DNA of 64,000 nt from the NCBI GenBank assembly GCA_965202585.1, contig CBDBBG010000103.1, forward strand, positions 1 through 64,000, read 5' to 3'. A model generated the notes under the pieces. That model was not told where the DNA came from and did no database searches. It was given only the letters and a program-made list of their open reading frames with translations. Numbering within the stretch: the stretch's first letter is position 1; each line of letters opens with the position of its first letter. Below are positions 52,101 to 64,000 of the stretch, in pieces. Made by a program: the position numbers and the translations under genes. The DNA comes from Thalia democratica (Eukaryota).

Positions 52101-55100
52101 GCTCGCAGACCACAGTTGGCTGTACCCTGATGTAATCTAATTTTTTAGAGGTCTCTAGGCCTTAAAAAGGTTAGAATGTTTAAGAATTATGTAACTACAT
52201 TTTTAGCAAAGATGGTTTATCAAAGTTTAGGTAGAAAGTAAGTATTATATCCGTAAACTCTATTTCTCTGTAACAAGTTCTTCATCTTAAAAGCAATGGC
52301 CTAATGCAGTGAAGTAGTTTTAAATTAAAATATTTTATACATTTTCAAAGTTTTATTTCTAAAAAGAAGTTTATTTGTTAACTAAAGTAGCAAAAACTTC
52401 TAAGAGCAGAAATTACACCTTACTTTCTCAGGTCGACCCAAAGTTCTTGATGAACAATTTATAATTGAAATATATTTTTTACCCATATAAAATGACAATC
52501 AATGTTTTACCATAAGAATTTTAAAATATTTTTACTCCAAATCTTCAGAAACTTAATGCAAAAATTTAAATAGAACAATAGCTTTTTAAAAAAATAATAA
52601 CTTAAAAAAACTACTTAAGTAATTAGATTGGTGTAAAAAACAAATTAGCAAAATCAATTAATGTATTGTTGATTTTAATAAATTATAATATATTAGCTTA
52701 CATCTCATTTACATTTTTTGCATCCTTAGATTATTCATTAATTTATGAAAAGAAAGTGTAATATTTTTTAACAGCTTGACTTGATATAAAAAGTATGTAA
52801 GGTAAAACCTAAAACATTTTCACCAAAAAGTGCAGCTCTTATATAAAAAGCCTAATAAATCAAAAGTGAATGAATAAAATAAATTCTTAAAAGTTAAAAA
52901 AACAGACAATTCTTGTTGGAATATAAAATTAATAATTTCATTTGATAAAACCTTCAGTGAACTTTATGTCAACTTTCGACTAAGTTTCGACAGAAAAATG
53001 TCACAGGTACACTAACAGTAAACGTAAGATATTTAGTACTTTAAAGTTTACTGTATAAATCTCCCTGTAACCGCAAAACTAGTTTCACAATGAAGTAAGA
53101 AAAGAGCTAAATATCTTATAGACTCAGACTAGGTTTTTAACAACCAAAGTTTATCAATATAAGAAGTACACAGCAGTAATAATAACTCGTTTTATTATTT
53201 GCATCTTTTCATGTTACAAGTATGCAGGTTGCTTAAAGTTTAGTAAACAATTAATACTAATTATGTAGAAAAATTAAGTCAAAAACATTTAAGTTTTCCG
53301 TTTTTTTTTTTCATTGCTTTAAGATCAAATTTAAATTAAGTATTTATAATACTAACACTATAAGCAATTTATTAATTTAAAAATTTAGAGCATCCAAAAC
53401 AACTTAAAGAAAAAAAAAGTAAAAGAAAATCTCATTAAACTACTATACACAAAAAAACTAGAACCTTTAGTCCGACTATTAACTTAAAAAAAAACGTTTC
53501 AACAAACTAACAATAGTTAAAATTACAAGAAATATTACTAGCTGTTATTTTTCAGAGAAAAAACAGTATAAGCAATTGTTTATTTCAAAAACAATTGTAT
53601 TTAAATTAAGTGTAAAGTTAACTTTAAATCTTAAACATATAAAACAGTTTTAAAGAAAAAAGAACTAAACGAAATTGTCTAAATGTATAACAATTAGTCT
53701 AATTAGTTAAAACGACAAATTATCTATTCACTAAAATTCTGCTACCAAAAATAATCTGTTTTGGTTAAAAGTTTACTAGAATAGTTAAACTAATCTAATA
53801 AAAGACTAACTGCAAAAAACTAAAAACAACATATTTGACTTACAATTTAAACTCCCAAAACTAATTTACTGCTACGTTTACAGACTGTGAAAATAAAAAA
53901 ATCCGAAAGTTTATTAAAGTCTAAACAAACTTAAATTATTTATAGCCATAGTGGCTTCCATGTTGAAGTTTACAAATTTGACTTTTTGGCATTATATTAA
54001 AGCTACCAATTTTGCTTAATAACTTAACAAAATTTCAAGTAGTTTCATACTTCCATACCATACTTAGATCAAATAAATATAAGTATATCGAAGTAAAATA
54101 AATAAGTTATTTCCACATGAAAAGTATTAACAAAAACGGCTAAATGAAACTTAATTTTTAATTATAACTTCTAAATTTTATAGCATAACTTTATAAAATT
54201 TTGACACCTCAAATTAAGTTTTAAAAATATTTTGTAAATAAGTTTTATAGTTTTAGAAAAAGTCTGTTTTATTATAAAGAAATTTATTTTAAACTTCTAT
54301 TAAAAATAAATCAACTTTACTACAGAATTTCATCAAAACCTTTAAATCTAAAAGAGTATATATTCTAATAAAATTTAAGTTTTAGTACATAAACAAAGAT
54401 TTTCTAAAGAATTATTTATTGCGGTAGACACTTTAAATTTATTTTTAAAAAGCAGCCACGCACACAGGTTGCTTAATATTTTAGAAAAACTTAAGCTAGT
54501 TAAAAACTTTTTGAAGTGACTTGAAAAATACTTGTTTAATATTGGAAAACTGAGAAATTAAACTTCCCTACATTTTATACTTTTTTACATTTTTAATCTA
54601 AAAGTTATGTTTATCTTCTGATTATTAAGTTTATTTCTTGTTATTATGATTCGTTTTTTTATTTAATTATATGATTACTTTTTAGTTTTTACATTACTTT
54701 TCAGAATAAGTTAGACTAGTTTAAAAAAAGTTTATGTCAAGCCAACTCAATCTTGTTTGCTCAATTTGCAAAACTGGGCTATTTTAAATATTTTTTATAA
54801 GTTATAAGCTAGCTTTTTAACAATTTTTTATTTCTAAAGTATTGTATAATTAACTTTTATAAATAGTACTGTTTAAAGGCTATTAAGTACTTTTGAAGTG
54901 TTAAGTCATTTTAAAGTGTTTAGCCCTTTTAAGTAGTCTTATGTATAATTTACTTTTTTTAATTAACAGTTATCTTTTAAGTCATGTTTATGTATTTGCA
55001 GTAAATTAGTTTTGGATTGGTTATATAATTTAAAATTTTTAAACTTTATCTTGTGTTTTTAGAGTTTTATATATTCTTTTGTTTATTAAGATTTAAGTTC

Positions 55101-56042
55101 TATTGTAATGGAACTACTTTATTTTCTTGTTTTATAATTATTGTAAGCAGAACATTTAGAGTCAGAATATAAATTAATCATATATAGAATACTACCATAT
55201 AGTGTTGTTAGGATTGATATTGAAAAAACTCTATTTAGTAAAATTTTAACTAGTTTTGTTTTGAATAAGAATTAGAAACTATGAATAAGAGCCATATTGT
55301 ATAATAAAAACTACATTTAAATTTATCAGTCTATTTTTGTGGTATAAATATAAGAAATAGATTTTAAACAATATTCTATTGATTTATAGTTTTAATCATT
55401 TTTTAGTCTACATTAGTTATAGTTTTGTAGTATTTTTCACTTAAACTTAAATTGTTCTAAGTATTATTTTTCCAAGTTGTTTTTAAAAGTAACTTATAAT
55501 TTTGAACATAATATTAACATACAAGTTTTTATAATAAGGGTAAGTTTTTTTAATATATACATTACTTAAACACTGTGTCTGATTTGTGAAAAAGTAGTGA
55601 AAGTAGTATTTGTTGTTTATAACGTAGTAAATTAGGAAGTTCTCATATATTTATAATTTATAGATTTGATATATCAAATAACTACAATATGTCTGTAATT
55701 ACACCATTAAACATTTTATAGTTATAAAAAGATATTTTACATTAATATTTGATTCTTTTTATACCAAAAATTCACAAACTTACCGTGTTGTGTTTCGTTA
55801 TTCTTAATTTGTCATTAGTAGAAGACACCTAATAGCTAGTATTAATTTATTACAAACAAAACAAATGATGTTATGATCAAAGACTGTTAAAATCTGTTAA
55901 ATTTAGTTTGTTTTTTAAGCTTTAAAAAAAAAATAATTAATTTAATGTTGGGCTATATTTAAAAAAATATTTTGAAATTATATTTAACTATTGGTTTTAT
56001 TTTAAATTGCTCCCTTTGTCAACTTCATTAGATTTTAACCTA

Positions 56043-56315
56043 CTGTTTGTTGAAGATCGTATTTGTTTGTTGTAGATCAAAAACTGTGATTTGAAGACCT
56101 TAAACTGTTTGTTGCAGATCTTAAACTGTGTTTTAAAGATCTTAAAGTTTATGTTAAAGATCCTAAACTGTTTGTTACTCATATTTAACTGTTTGTTGCA
56201 GATCCTAAACTGTTTGTTACTCATCTTTAACTGTTCGATGCACATCTTGAACTGTGTATTTAAGATCTTTAACTGTTTGATGCACATCTTGAACTGTTTG
56301 TTGCAGTTCCTAAAC
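56043..56315. repeat. 21-bp minisatellite, ~13 units, upstream of ART copy 4
   Basis: Same unit as 10271..10458 with about 4 extra repeats. Confidence 0.9.
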
Positions 56316-56566
56316 GCAAACGTTCTAGAGTGTTAGCCCGTTTTAATAAATAGCATATTGAAAAAATATCTGCATGGGAATCTGTTATCAGGTAGAAAGC
56401 CAGGCCAAACCCCTTTCTGATTGTTGTTGGGCTTACAACAACTATTCGCATAAAAACTATTTACTTTTCAGTTGTAAGTTTTTATGTTCTGTGAATAAAA
56501 ATATGTTTTTTTTCAATAATCTAAAGTTATTTTTTAGTTTCTTTAATAAATTACATAACAAAAGCT

Positions 56567-57556
56567 ATGGAACCCATTAAAAGAAAAGTTGAAGAGTTTA
56601 CGAAAAGTCACCCTGGCTGTAGAAGTTTTCTACAAGATATGGTTAGGAAGGCGGAAGAAGAAAAACATGATTACGAAAAAGAGCAGGTATTTAAAAAAGC
56701 TAAAGAGTTGTGTGAATATGATGTTGCAAATTTCAAAAAATGTGTACTTCCTGGTTTTAAATACAAAATTGAGCTGCTAGAAACAAACCACCCAGACTAC
56801 GAACTTCTTGAAAATTCTATAAAAACTAACAATAGTTCTAAAAATTAAATGACCATAATGCAAAAGACTAATTGTTTGAAAATATACAGAGTAGTAAGTA
56901 ATGAAAAATTTTCAACAGAGACGAGCAGTTCTAATCAGATACTTTTGCTTCATGGAACAAAAGAACCAAATGTAGGAGGAATCTTAAAGTCAGGATTCAA
57001 TCCGTCTCAAAAAGGATATTATGGACCTGGAGTATATCTTACTAACAGTTTTAGTTATGCTTATGGTTACGGTAACTACTTTGCAACAGAAGATAATATG
57101 ATTAAACATCTTAGATACTATTTTGTGAACAGTGTACCGAATCCTGGATTACATTCACATGGTAAGGAATTTAAAATAACAAAATCTTTTGAAGACTATC
57201 TTAGTAAAGAGCCATCAGTTGAAATTTATAAGTTTGGTTCAACACTAAAAATCAAAATTGAAGAGTCTACACTAGACTTGTTTGATAGTCATAACAGAAA
57301 ACTTTTAAAAGGCTCATTTCAAAATGTTGAGCAACAAAGTATAGCTTTAGCTCACCATAGTTTAGTAGTACCTGCTTATTTGATTGAAATTGAAGAAAAA
57401 ACTAATGTAGACGATATAGTTAATGAAATACTCTATAGTTGTTTAAAATTATTCAGGTATACGAAAAATACTGCTAATTTTGATATAAATCGTAAAACTA
57501 ACAGTGAAAATAATACCCAAAATGAAGTTTCCGAATTTTCTTTTTCAATGATTGAA
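56567..57556 (+). pseudogene. Tandem ART-domain gene, copy 4 (nonsense TAA at 56846-56848; runs into assembly gap)
   Basis: ORFs 56567..56848 and 56849..gap match the first ART domain of copy 1. AAT TAA ATG replaces AAT CAA ATG. Confidence 0.8.
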
Positions 57557-57656
57557 NNNNNNNNNNNNNNNNNNNNNNNNNNNNNNNNNNNNNNNNNNNN
57601 NNNNNNNNNNNNNNNNNNNNNNNNNNNNNNNNNNNNNNNNNNNNNNNNNNNNNNNN
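57557..57656. other. Assembly gap (exactly 100 N)
   Basis: Run of N; a round length typical of an unknown-size scaffold gap. Confidence 0.99.
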
Positions 57657-58309
57657 TTTAGATTTTGTTTAAAAATATTTTTCTAAAAAACAAAGTTTCG
57701 ATACAAGCTTTTATACAATTGAACTTAAGACTAATGCTACAAAAACATACTAAAACTTGCTAAAAGCTAGCAAATGATAACATAATATAGAAACTTTCGT
57801 TTTTACTGTAAGAATAGATAATATACTAGTTAAACATATTGTGTTAGGTTTGGATAAAATCTAATTTAATATGATTAGAATAAAATGCAAAAAAATCTGA
57901 GTTTACTGCCATTTGTTATAATTAAAATGGAACACAAATGTGAAACTAAACTATAAGTTGTTCATTGGATTTAACAACTGTGCTTTCTGTATGGTATTTA
58001 AAAGAAAACGTAAAAGGCCATTTTCTCAATGCAACGTATCGTTTACATTGTTGGTTGATTTGCTTTGTTGGCTAGTACATTATTTAAACTTTGTTTGCTT
58101 ATAATACACTTTTTATAACTATTTAGCTGTTTTTTGTGTTAGCTAAACTAAAATAATGTTAATTTGTTCATTTCAGGTGGTCCAATAAAGTATTCACCTA
58201 TATTAAAGTATTTTAAACTTATAGTAGATACTTTTTAAATATATTGGTAAAATATATTTTTTAATTTAGTGATGGAAAATATAACTTTACTTAACAATTT
58301 TTTTTTTAG

Positions 58310-59026
58310 ATTCAATATAACATGTCGTGTTCACATTCAGTACAGACCAGGACAGGCACTTTCACTGCTTATACTGAACTAGTTACTAAATGTGAGGCTG
58401 AAAAAAGGTGCAGAAAAAGAGGTGAAATCCTTGCACCTATTACGAATAAAAGGGATGCTCATAAAATTCTGAAGCTTTTTAAAACAAACACAAACAACGC
58501 AACGTGTGGTGTCAGCATTGACGACGGTTCTGACTATTGGGTAGGTTTAGACGTGACTTACACGAAAGATGAAGATTCAAAGATATTTTCAAATGGAATA
58601 AGGTGGCATGAGAGAAAGCACGGCAAGATCTACCATAACATGCTTGAATCGCACACCGATTGTGCTGAAGCATTGTTCATGCCCGTCTTTCACGAGGATA
58701 GACCTTATGCGATTGTTAACACGCAAAAGAAGTGTTTGAAAGAAAACAAGTACAAGTACCTGTGTCTGAAACCGGCTGAAAAAGTACTGGCTGAACCTAT
58801 CAGTCAAGACGGTGAACTTGAAGATGGTGAAACTGGTGTTAATGGTGTTTTTGTATCGTTAGATATTGGGCTGCTTGTGATTCTAGTTTGTGTTATTTTG
58901 GCTTACATTCGTTGGCAATCAGTTAGGAGAATGAAAACAGAAATCAGTAACTTGAAGGAAGAGGTCGGTATGTTGAAAAGAATTGCATTCAAAGATGAAG
59001 GAAAAGATAAATTTCAAAAAATTTGA
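58310..59026 (+). CDS. Second intact copy of the CTLD-TM protein
   Basis: 234-aa ORF collinear with 27086..27790, with the same upstream acceptor. Confidence 0.88.
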   Translation: MQYNMSCSHSVQTRTGTFTAYTELVTKCEAEKRCRKRGEILAPITNKRDAHKILKLFKTNTNNATCGVSIDDGSDYWVGLDVTYTKDEDSKIFSNGIRWHERKHGKIYHNMLESHTDCAEALFMPVFHEDRPYAIVNTQKKCLKENKYKYLCLKPAEKVLAEPISQDGELEDGETGVNGVFVSLDIGLLVILVCVILAYIRWQSVRRMKTEISNLKEEVGMLKRIAFKDEGKDKFQKI

Positions 59027-60009
59027 ACTTATCAATACTGCTTCTATTTACTTATACAACTTTAGTATATATGTAGGTTTCACGACCTTAATTAAAAGCT
59101 TTAAATATAAAACTTTGTGCTAAGAATTTGTAAGAGTTATTTTAAAGCTATAAAGTGGATTTCTTTTATTGAAAAAGTGACAACTTAAAAAGCACACTTA
59201 TAATGTTTTTTTTTTAAAGAGGTTTCAAAATAAGTTCGATGTTAATTTTGGTATTCGAATTATTTCAATAAAAATACCATTGCAATTTACTAGTCTTATA
59301 AATAAAGAATAACAAATAATATAATTAGTTTTAATTATTTTTGTTATTTCTATGTTCTTTTGATAGATTAAAAATACTTAATATAGTGTACTGATGTTGT
59401 TATTAATCTAACCAAAGCTTTGTATTGCTTAATCAGTTCTGTTATGCTTAAGTAATTAAGTAACTAGCTATTTATGTTGTTTAAGGATAAGTTAAAAATT
59501 ATAAACAATTGTATCTACTTGAGTAGTAAATTACCTTCAACCTAGTTCATAAAACAATTAATATTTGAAACTACTACAAAGATAAATAGCTTTTAATCCA
59601 CAAAAAAAACTAACAATAACTTTACGAAACAAACTGCTAGATAGCTTGCAATTTTCATTAAAGTGAAATAGTTTGAAAATAAATTATTATATGTTTTAAA
59701 AAGTGTTCACACAAGTTTAGTAGACGAATTGAAAATAGTAGCTGAACACATATATTGTATAAATTAATAAACAAATAAAGTACACTTTTAATCTATAGTT
59801 ATTAAGTTTAAGAAATGTATTTATATAACGACTGGTATTCCTATCTCAAAAACTAAACAAGTTTTAAATGTTAAACTAATTATTGTTTAAAAAACAAACT
59901 ATACTTTTTTGTACGAAAAACTATGTTTCTTTTAACATTACTAACTTAAAACTAGTTTCCTTAAATTTAGTTTCATCAATAACTTTTTTTTCAAACAATA
60001 ACTATATAA

Positions 60010-60510
60010 TCTAATCCTAAGCCCAACCACAGTATCTTAATTATTTTCTACGTAAGAGATAAACTTAAAACAGAGTTTAGCCTATTATATTCATTGGTAA
60101 TCTTGATTACTTAAGTAGAAACTAAATATATTAAGGGTAAATGAGCAAAATATCAGTGCATCAGTAAAAACTGAGTTTCAGTTGTGGTAAATAGTGCTTG
60201 ATATATGTCACTGATTTATTTTTCATACCATTTCACTCAATTAGACAATACTTTCTATCTCTACCTTTTGTACTTAAAACCTAATCTAATCTAGAACGAT
60301 CATGAAAAATAATATTTTTTCAAAAGTGTTTGTCTCAAAAAGCTTCAAAATTTTATGAGCATCCCTTTTATTCGTAATAGGTGCAAGGATTTCACCTTTT
60401 TCCTTGCACCTTTTTTCAGCCTCACATTTAGTAACTAGTTCAGTATAAGCAGTGAAAGTACCTGTCCTGGTCTGTACTGAATATGAACAAGGCATAACAC
60501 ATGTTTGCAC
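60010..60510 (-). pseudogene. Inverted, decayed CTLD paralogue (second copy)
   Basis: ORF 60286..60510 matches the CTLD N-terminus; downstream sequence degenerates as at 28760..29260. Confidence 0.8.
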
Positions 60511-63122
60511 TTAACTATTACTCATAGTCAAAACTTATTTAGCAACTTTAAAAATAAACAGTGACATTATAAGTTATAACAAATAGTAACAGTAAATTAA
60601 TGGTAGTTATAAAAATATATTTCAGACAAGTGATACACCATGATCATTAATAATAAATGAATAAAACACTCTAAGCTAAAAACCATAAAAAGCAAAATTT
60701 ACTATATGAGAGATAAAGCATTTTTGAATATAAATTTCTAAATAAAACTCAACTACTTCAGACAGTTCAGCACCAACAATAACTAATAATTTTAGTGATT
60801 AAGAATAGTTTACAACTTAAAGATGTGTTTAAAACATTTGAAAACACGGTTTCTATAGCTTTACCTTTTTGTCGTACACAAAGTATAAAACTATTACCAA
60901 CAAAAAAGTTTTGTGCCTAATAGACTCTTACAAGTTTTGTAAAAATATTTACTGAACTATAATATTACCACTTTGTAAAACTATTTCTATCCACATACCT
61001 AATACATTGTTTTAGTTACAAAGAGAACAATTTGATGTTTACAGCTTATTAAAGTATAATTATGTATGACCTGTAAAAAAACTAAACTTTGTTAACAAAA
61101 TCATATTTAAAAAAATTAGCATACTACCCAAAACAAATATGAAAAAGGTTTTATTAGAGTATATTTTTGTAATAATATATATCCTATACAAAGACAGTGT
61201 ACAACCAAACTACTTTTTGTAGGTTTTTTTGACAAATAGTATAGTACAGTAGTAGTGTTACTAGATCCTCAAATATAATGCACAATGCTAGCTTACTAAA
61301 AACAAAGTTCTCTAGCTAATAACAAAGTAAGTAAGCTAAACAACAGTTGAGTTGTTTAAAGCTTATTCGAACAAAGATATTTCACAGCTTCACATGAAGA
61401 TTTAGTATTACTACTACTGTAGAATTTTTTTAATGACAAAAGCACTTAACTAACAAGTTAGTAAAGTGTTTATTGTTTTAAAACCATAGAACTTATGTTT
61501 ATTTAGTATGTTTGTGTTAAAATTTAATAACCAATTCTTACTGCTTATAAACAACCAACAAAACTTTTACAAGTTTTTAAAAGTACAACTAAAACTAAAT
61601 ATACTTTGAAAATTTTATACTTAAACAGGTTTTCTATATCCCAACTACACTTATAGAACCACAACATTTTTATCAACTCTTTTAGAAAATAGTTAAGAGT
61701 ATTGATAAACTACAGACATAATATGCAAAACATTTTCTTAAACAAATAACTATTATATAAACATCTTTTTAATTTCTTACATAGCTAAAAAAATATCTTA
61801 ATGAAAAATAAACAACTACTAACTTAAATTAAGCAAGCTTATAAAAATAAATGATAAAATTTTCTATCCTTTTACATGTTGTAGTACTTTCTTCACGCCG
61901 TTTAGATGTCTTCGTTTATGAAAAATTTCAATGTTTTTCAAGTATAACTTCAAATATAACAACATTCTTCATATAATATATAACAATCTCAAAATATCTT
62001 CTTGTAATACTTTGCATTCCAAACTGAGAATAAAAATTTCTGTACTACACATAGACCAAAACGTCATAATGAAAATATTTAGCTACAGAACGATCGTTAC
62101 GCCGATAAAATTTTTATGAGAAATTACCTAATTTGGAAAAAATTCGCTAATCTTTCTATCTTACTTGAACATTTTGTTTAAACTAATATCTGAGCTATAC
62201 AAACAGCAGAAACAAAACGTTTAACTAAACATTATAACATTTTTATTTAGTTTAACAATTAATTATCTTCCATTGCTCATAAAACAAGCTTTATTATTAA
62301 CGTTTTAAATTCCAATCTAGTAGTATTAAAAAACAGTTATTAGAATGTTTTGAAGTAAATAAAATCATTCAAACACAATACAAACTTTTAACCCACACTT
62401 GAAGATTTAAAAAGGCTCACATGTGTAACGCAGGTAAACTCAAAATCAAAGTTTTATAGGCAAGAAAAATGTGCATATCATTTGTAATTGAGCTTAACAA
62501 CTTGCGTTTAATCATATACAATTTTTATTAAACTTAATCAAACTCAGATTAAAACAACACAACTTCGTTTGTTTCAATTTGGGGCAGGAGACTTTACAAG
62601 TCTGCAAGTTAATTTATCAGAAAAAGAGCTTCGAATGCCGAACTTAAATAAGTCTTTGCAGGTCTTGATTTAGTTTAAAGTTTTACAATACTACTTAAGA
62701 TCAAAACAATACTTCTTTGTTTGTTTATCAATTGGGGCAGGAGATTTTACAAATCTGCAATATTGATTAATCAGAAAAAGGGTTTCGCTTGCCGGACTTT
62801 GAAAACATGAACGCATAATCTTGATTTAATTTAAATATTTTACAATGCTAAAAAATCTTTTTAATAACAAAGTTGTGATGAGATGATTAATTGATAAACA
62901 CTGCGTACCAGGGGCGTCGCGTGGTATGGAGCATTGGAGCAGATGCTCCAACTAAAAATAAATCCTGTTGTAGTATTATAAAGCTATTAAATTTATTATT
63001 CTTTTAATAAGCTTTTGTTTACAAAATTTTTTTATAAATATTGTTTTTTATTTTACTAAAACAGTTTTAAAACAAAAGGTGTTTTTTAATCGCTTATAAA
63101 TTTTCCACAGCCCTTAACAAAT

Positions 63123-64000
63123 GGCAAGGTGTCACAATGGCTCAGCAACGATTTAGCACGGTGCGTCATTTCAGCACAATGAGTCACTTTTACAAGGCGT
63201 CAATTTAGCACAGTTGGTCACTTTTGCACGGCGTCATAGCACGGTGCGTCATTATAGCACGATGGGCTACTTTAGCACGGAGGGTCACTTTTTCACAGCG
63301 TTACTTTGGCACGGGGGTAACTTTTGCATGGTGTTACTTTAGCACGGTGGGTCAATTTCGCATGGAGCCTTATTTTTGCAGGGACTAAAGCTTTTCAATA
63401 GGAGGATTTTTAAAAACTTTAAGTTCTAAATTCTAAATTTGTAGGATTTTTAAGCTTAAATTAAAGCTTTTTTTTATTGTCTATAAGTTTTTTAGGAAAA
63501 AACTTATTTTTATATTTTCTACTACTTTGTAGATGTAATAGTATTAAATATTTTAACACTCTTTATATCAAACCTAAAAATGTTTAAGTTTGTTACTTAA
63601 GAATCATATACATTTTAAACTAAGTAAATTATAAATTTTACGATAAGATAGTTAAGATAACAGCTAATCATACGATAATATATCTTTGAAAAATTAAAAG
63701 AAAGCGGAGAATTTTCAAAACTTTGTAAAAAAATCTCAAGAATACAATGGAGCAAAATTGTTTCAAAACAAACTAAAATTTGTTTTTAGAAATTTTTAGT
63801 GTATTATTATTTACTGATTTTGTAGTCTATGTATAATGATCTTTTTATTCTCTATACCATATGGTAATATAATTATCTTAACATTCTAAAGTTTTCATTT
63901 TTTAGGTATAATAGTTTAGTAAAACTAAGAAAATCTTTTAAGTATTAACCCTAATTAATTAAAATAAACCTTGTAAATTTAATTAGATTTACTAAAAAAC
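63123..64000. mobile_element. Left part of the same Mutator-like element in the duplicated segment
   Basis: Same left flank TTAACAAAT, terminus and 16-17-bp repeats; truncated by the window edge. Confidence 0.8.

Larger units (their letters stand above)
46984..56340 (+). repeat. Tandem unit 3 (5'-truncated), followed by the start of unit 4
   Basis: Collinear with 1231..10490 over its whole length, including 6920..10490, which unit 2 lacks. Confidence 0.9.
57657..64000 (+). repeat. Segmental duplicate of ~26408..32540
   Basis: Continuous collinearity from TTTAGATTTTGTTTAAAAAT (26408/57657) through the CTLD gene, the inverted pseudogene and the MULE-like element to the window end. Confidence 0.95.

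Noticed and set aside
56846-56848. Ciliate-type genetic code (TAA/TAG = Gln), suggested by stops aligning with CAA/CAG in ART copy 4, the kinase paralogue and the heptad array
   Set aside because: The two intact CTLD genes end at the same aligned codon with TAG (27788-27790) and TGA (59024-59026). Other lesions are AAA to TAA and TGA stops. C-to-T decay explains the pattern.

Overview
Very AT-rich eukaryotic DNA with short GT-AG introns, most likely an invertebrate animal (inference); no RNA genes or CRISPR arrays were recognised. The window is a birth-and-death cluster of three gene types. (1) Four copies of an intronless ~550-aa gene with two ADP-ribosyltransferase (PARP-like) domains: one has an H-Y-S triad, the other is degenerate. 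They sit in ~10.5-kb tandem units. (2) A 12-exon minus-strand gene missed by the ORF track, which I reconstructed exon by exon: C-type-lectin-like domain (CTLD), transmembrane helix, then a kinase fold with HCN instead of HRD and Asn at the beta3 Lys (predicted pseudokinase). Several decayed paralogues are present. (3) A CTLD-TM gene with a short coiled-coil tail, lying head-to-head with (2), present in two intact copies plus inverted pseudogenes. Offsets between repeats suggest a higher-order ~45.8-kb duplication whose second unit is collapsed by a 100-N gap. Non-autonomous DNA transposons (MULE-like with 9-bp TSD, MITEs), a foldback inverted repeat and minisatellites fill the spaces. All alignments were done by eye; no database searches were run.
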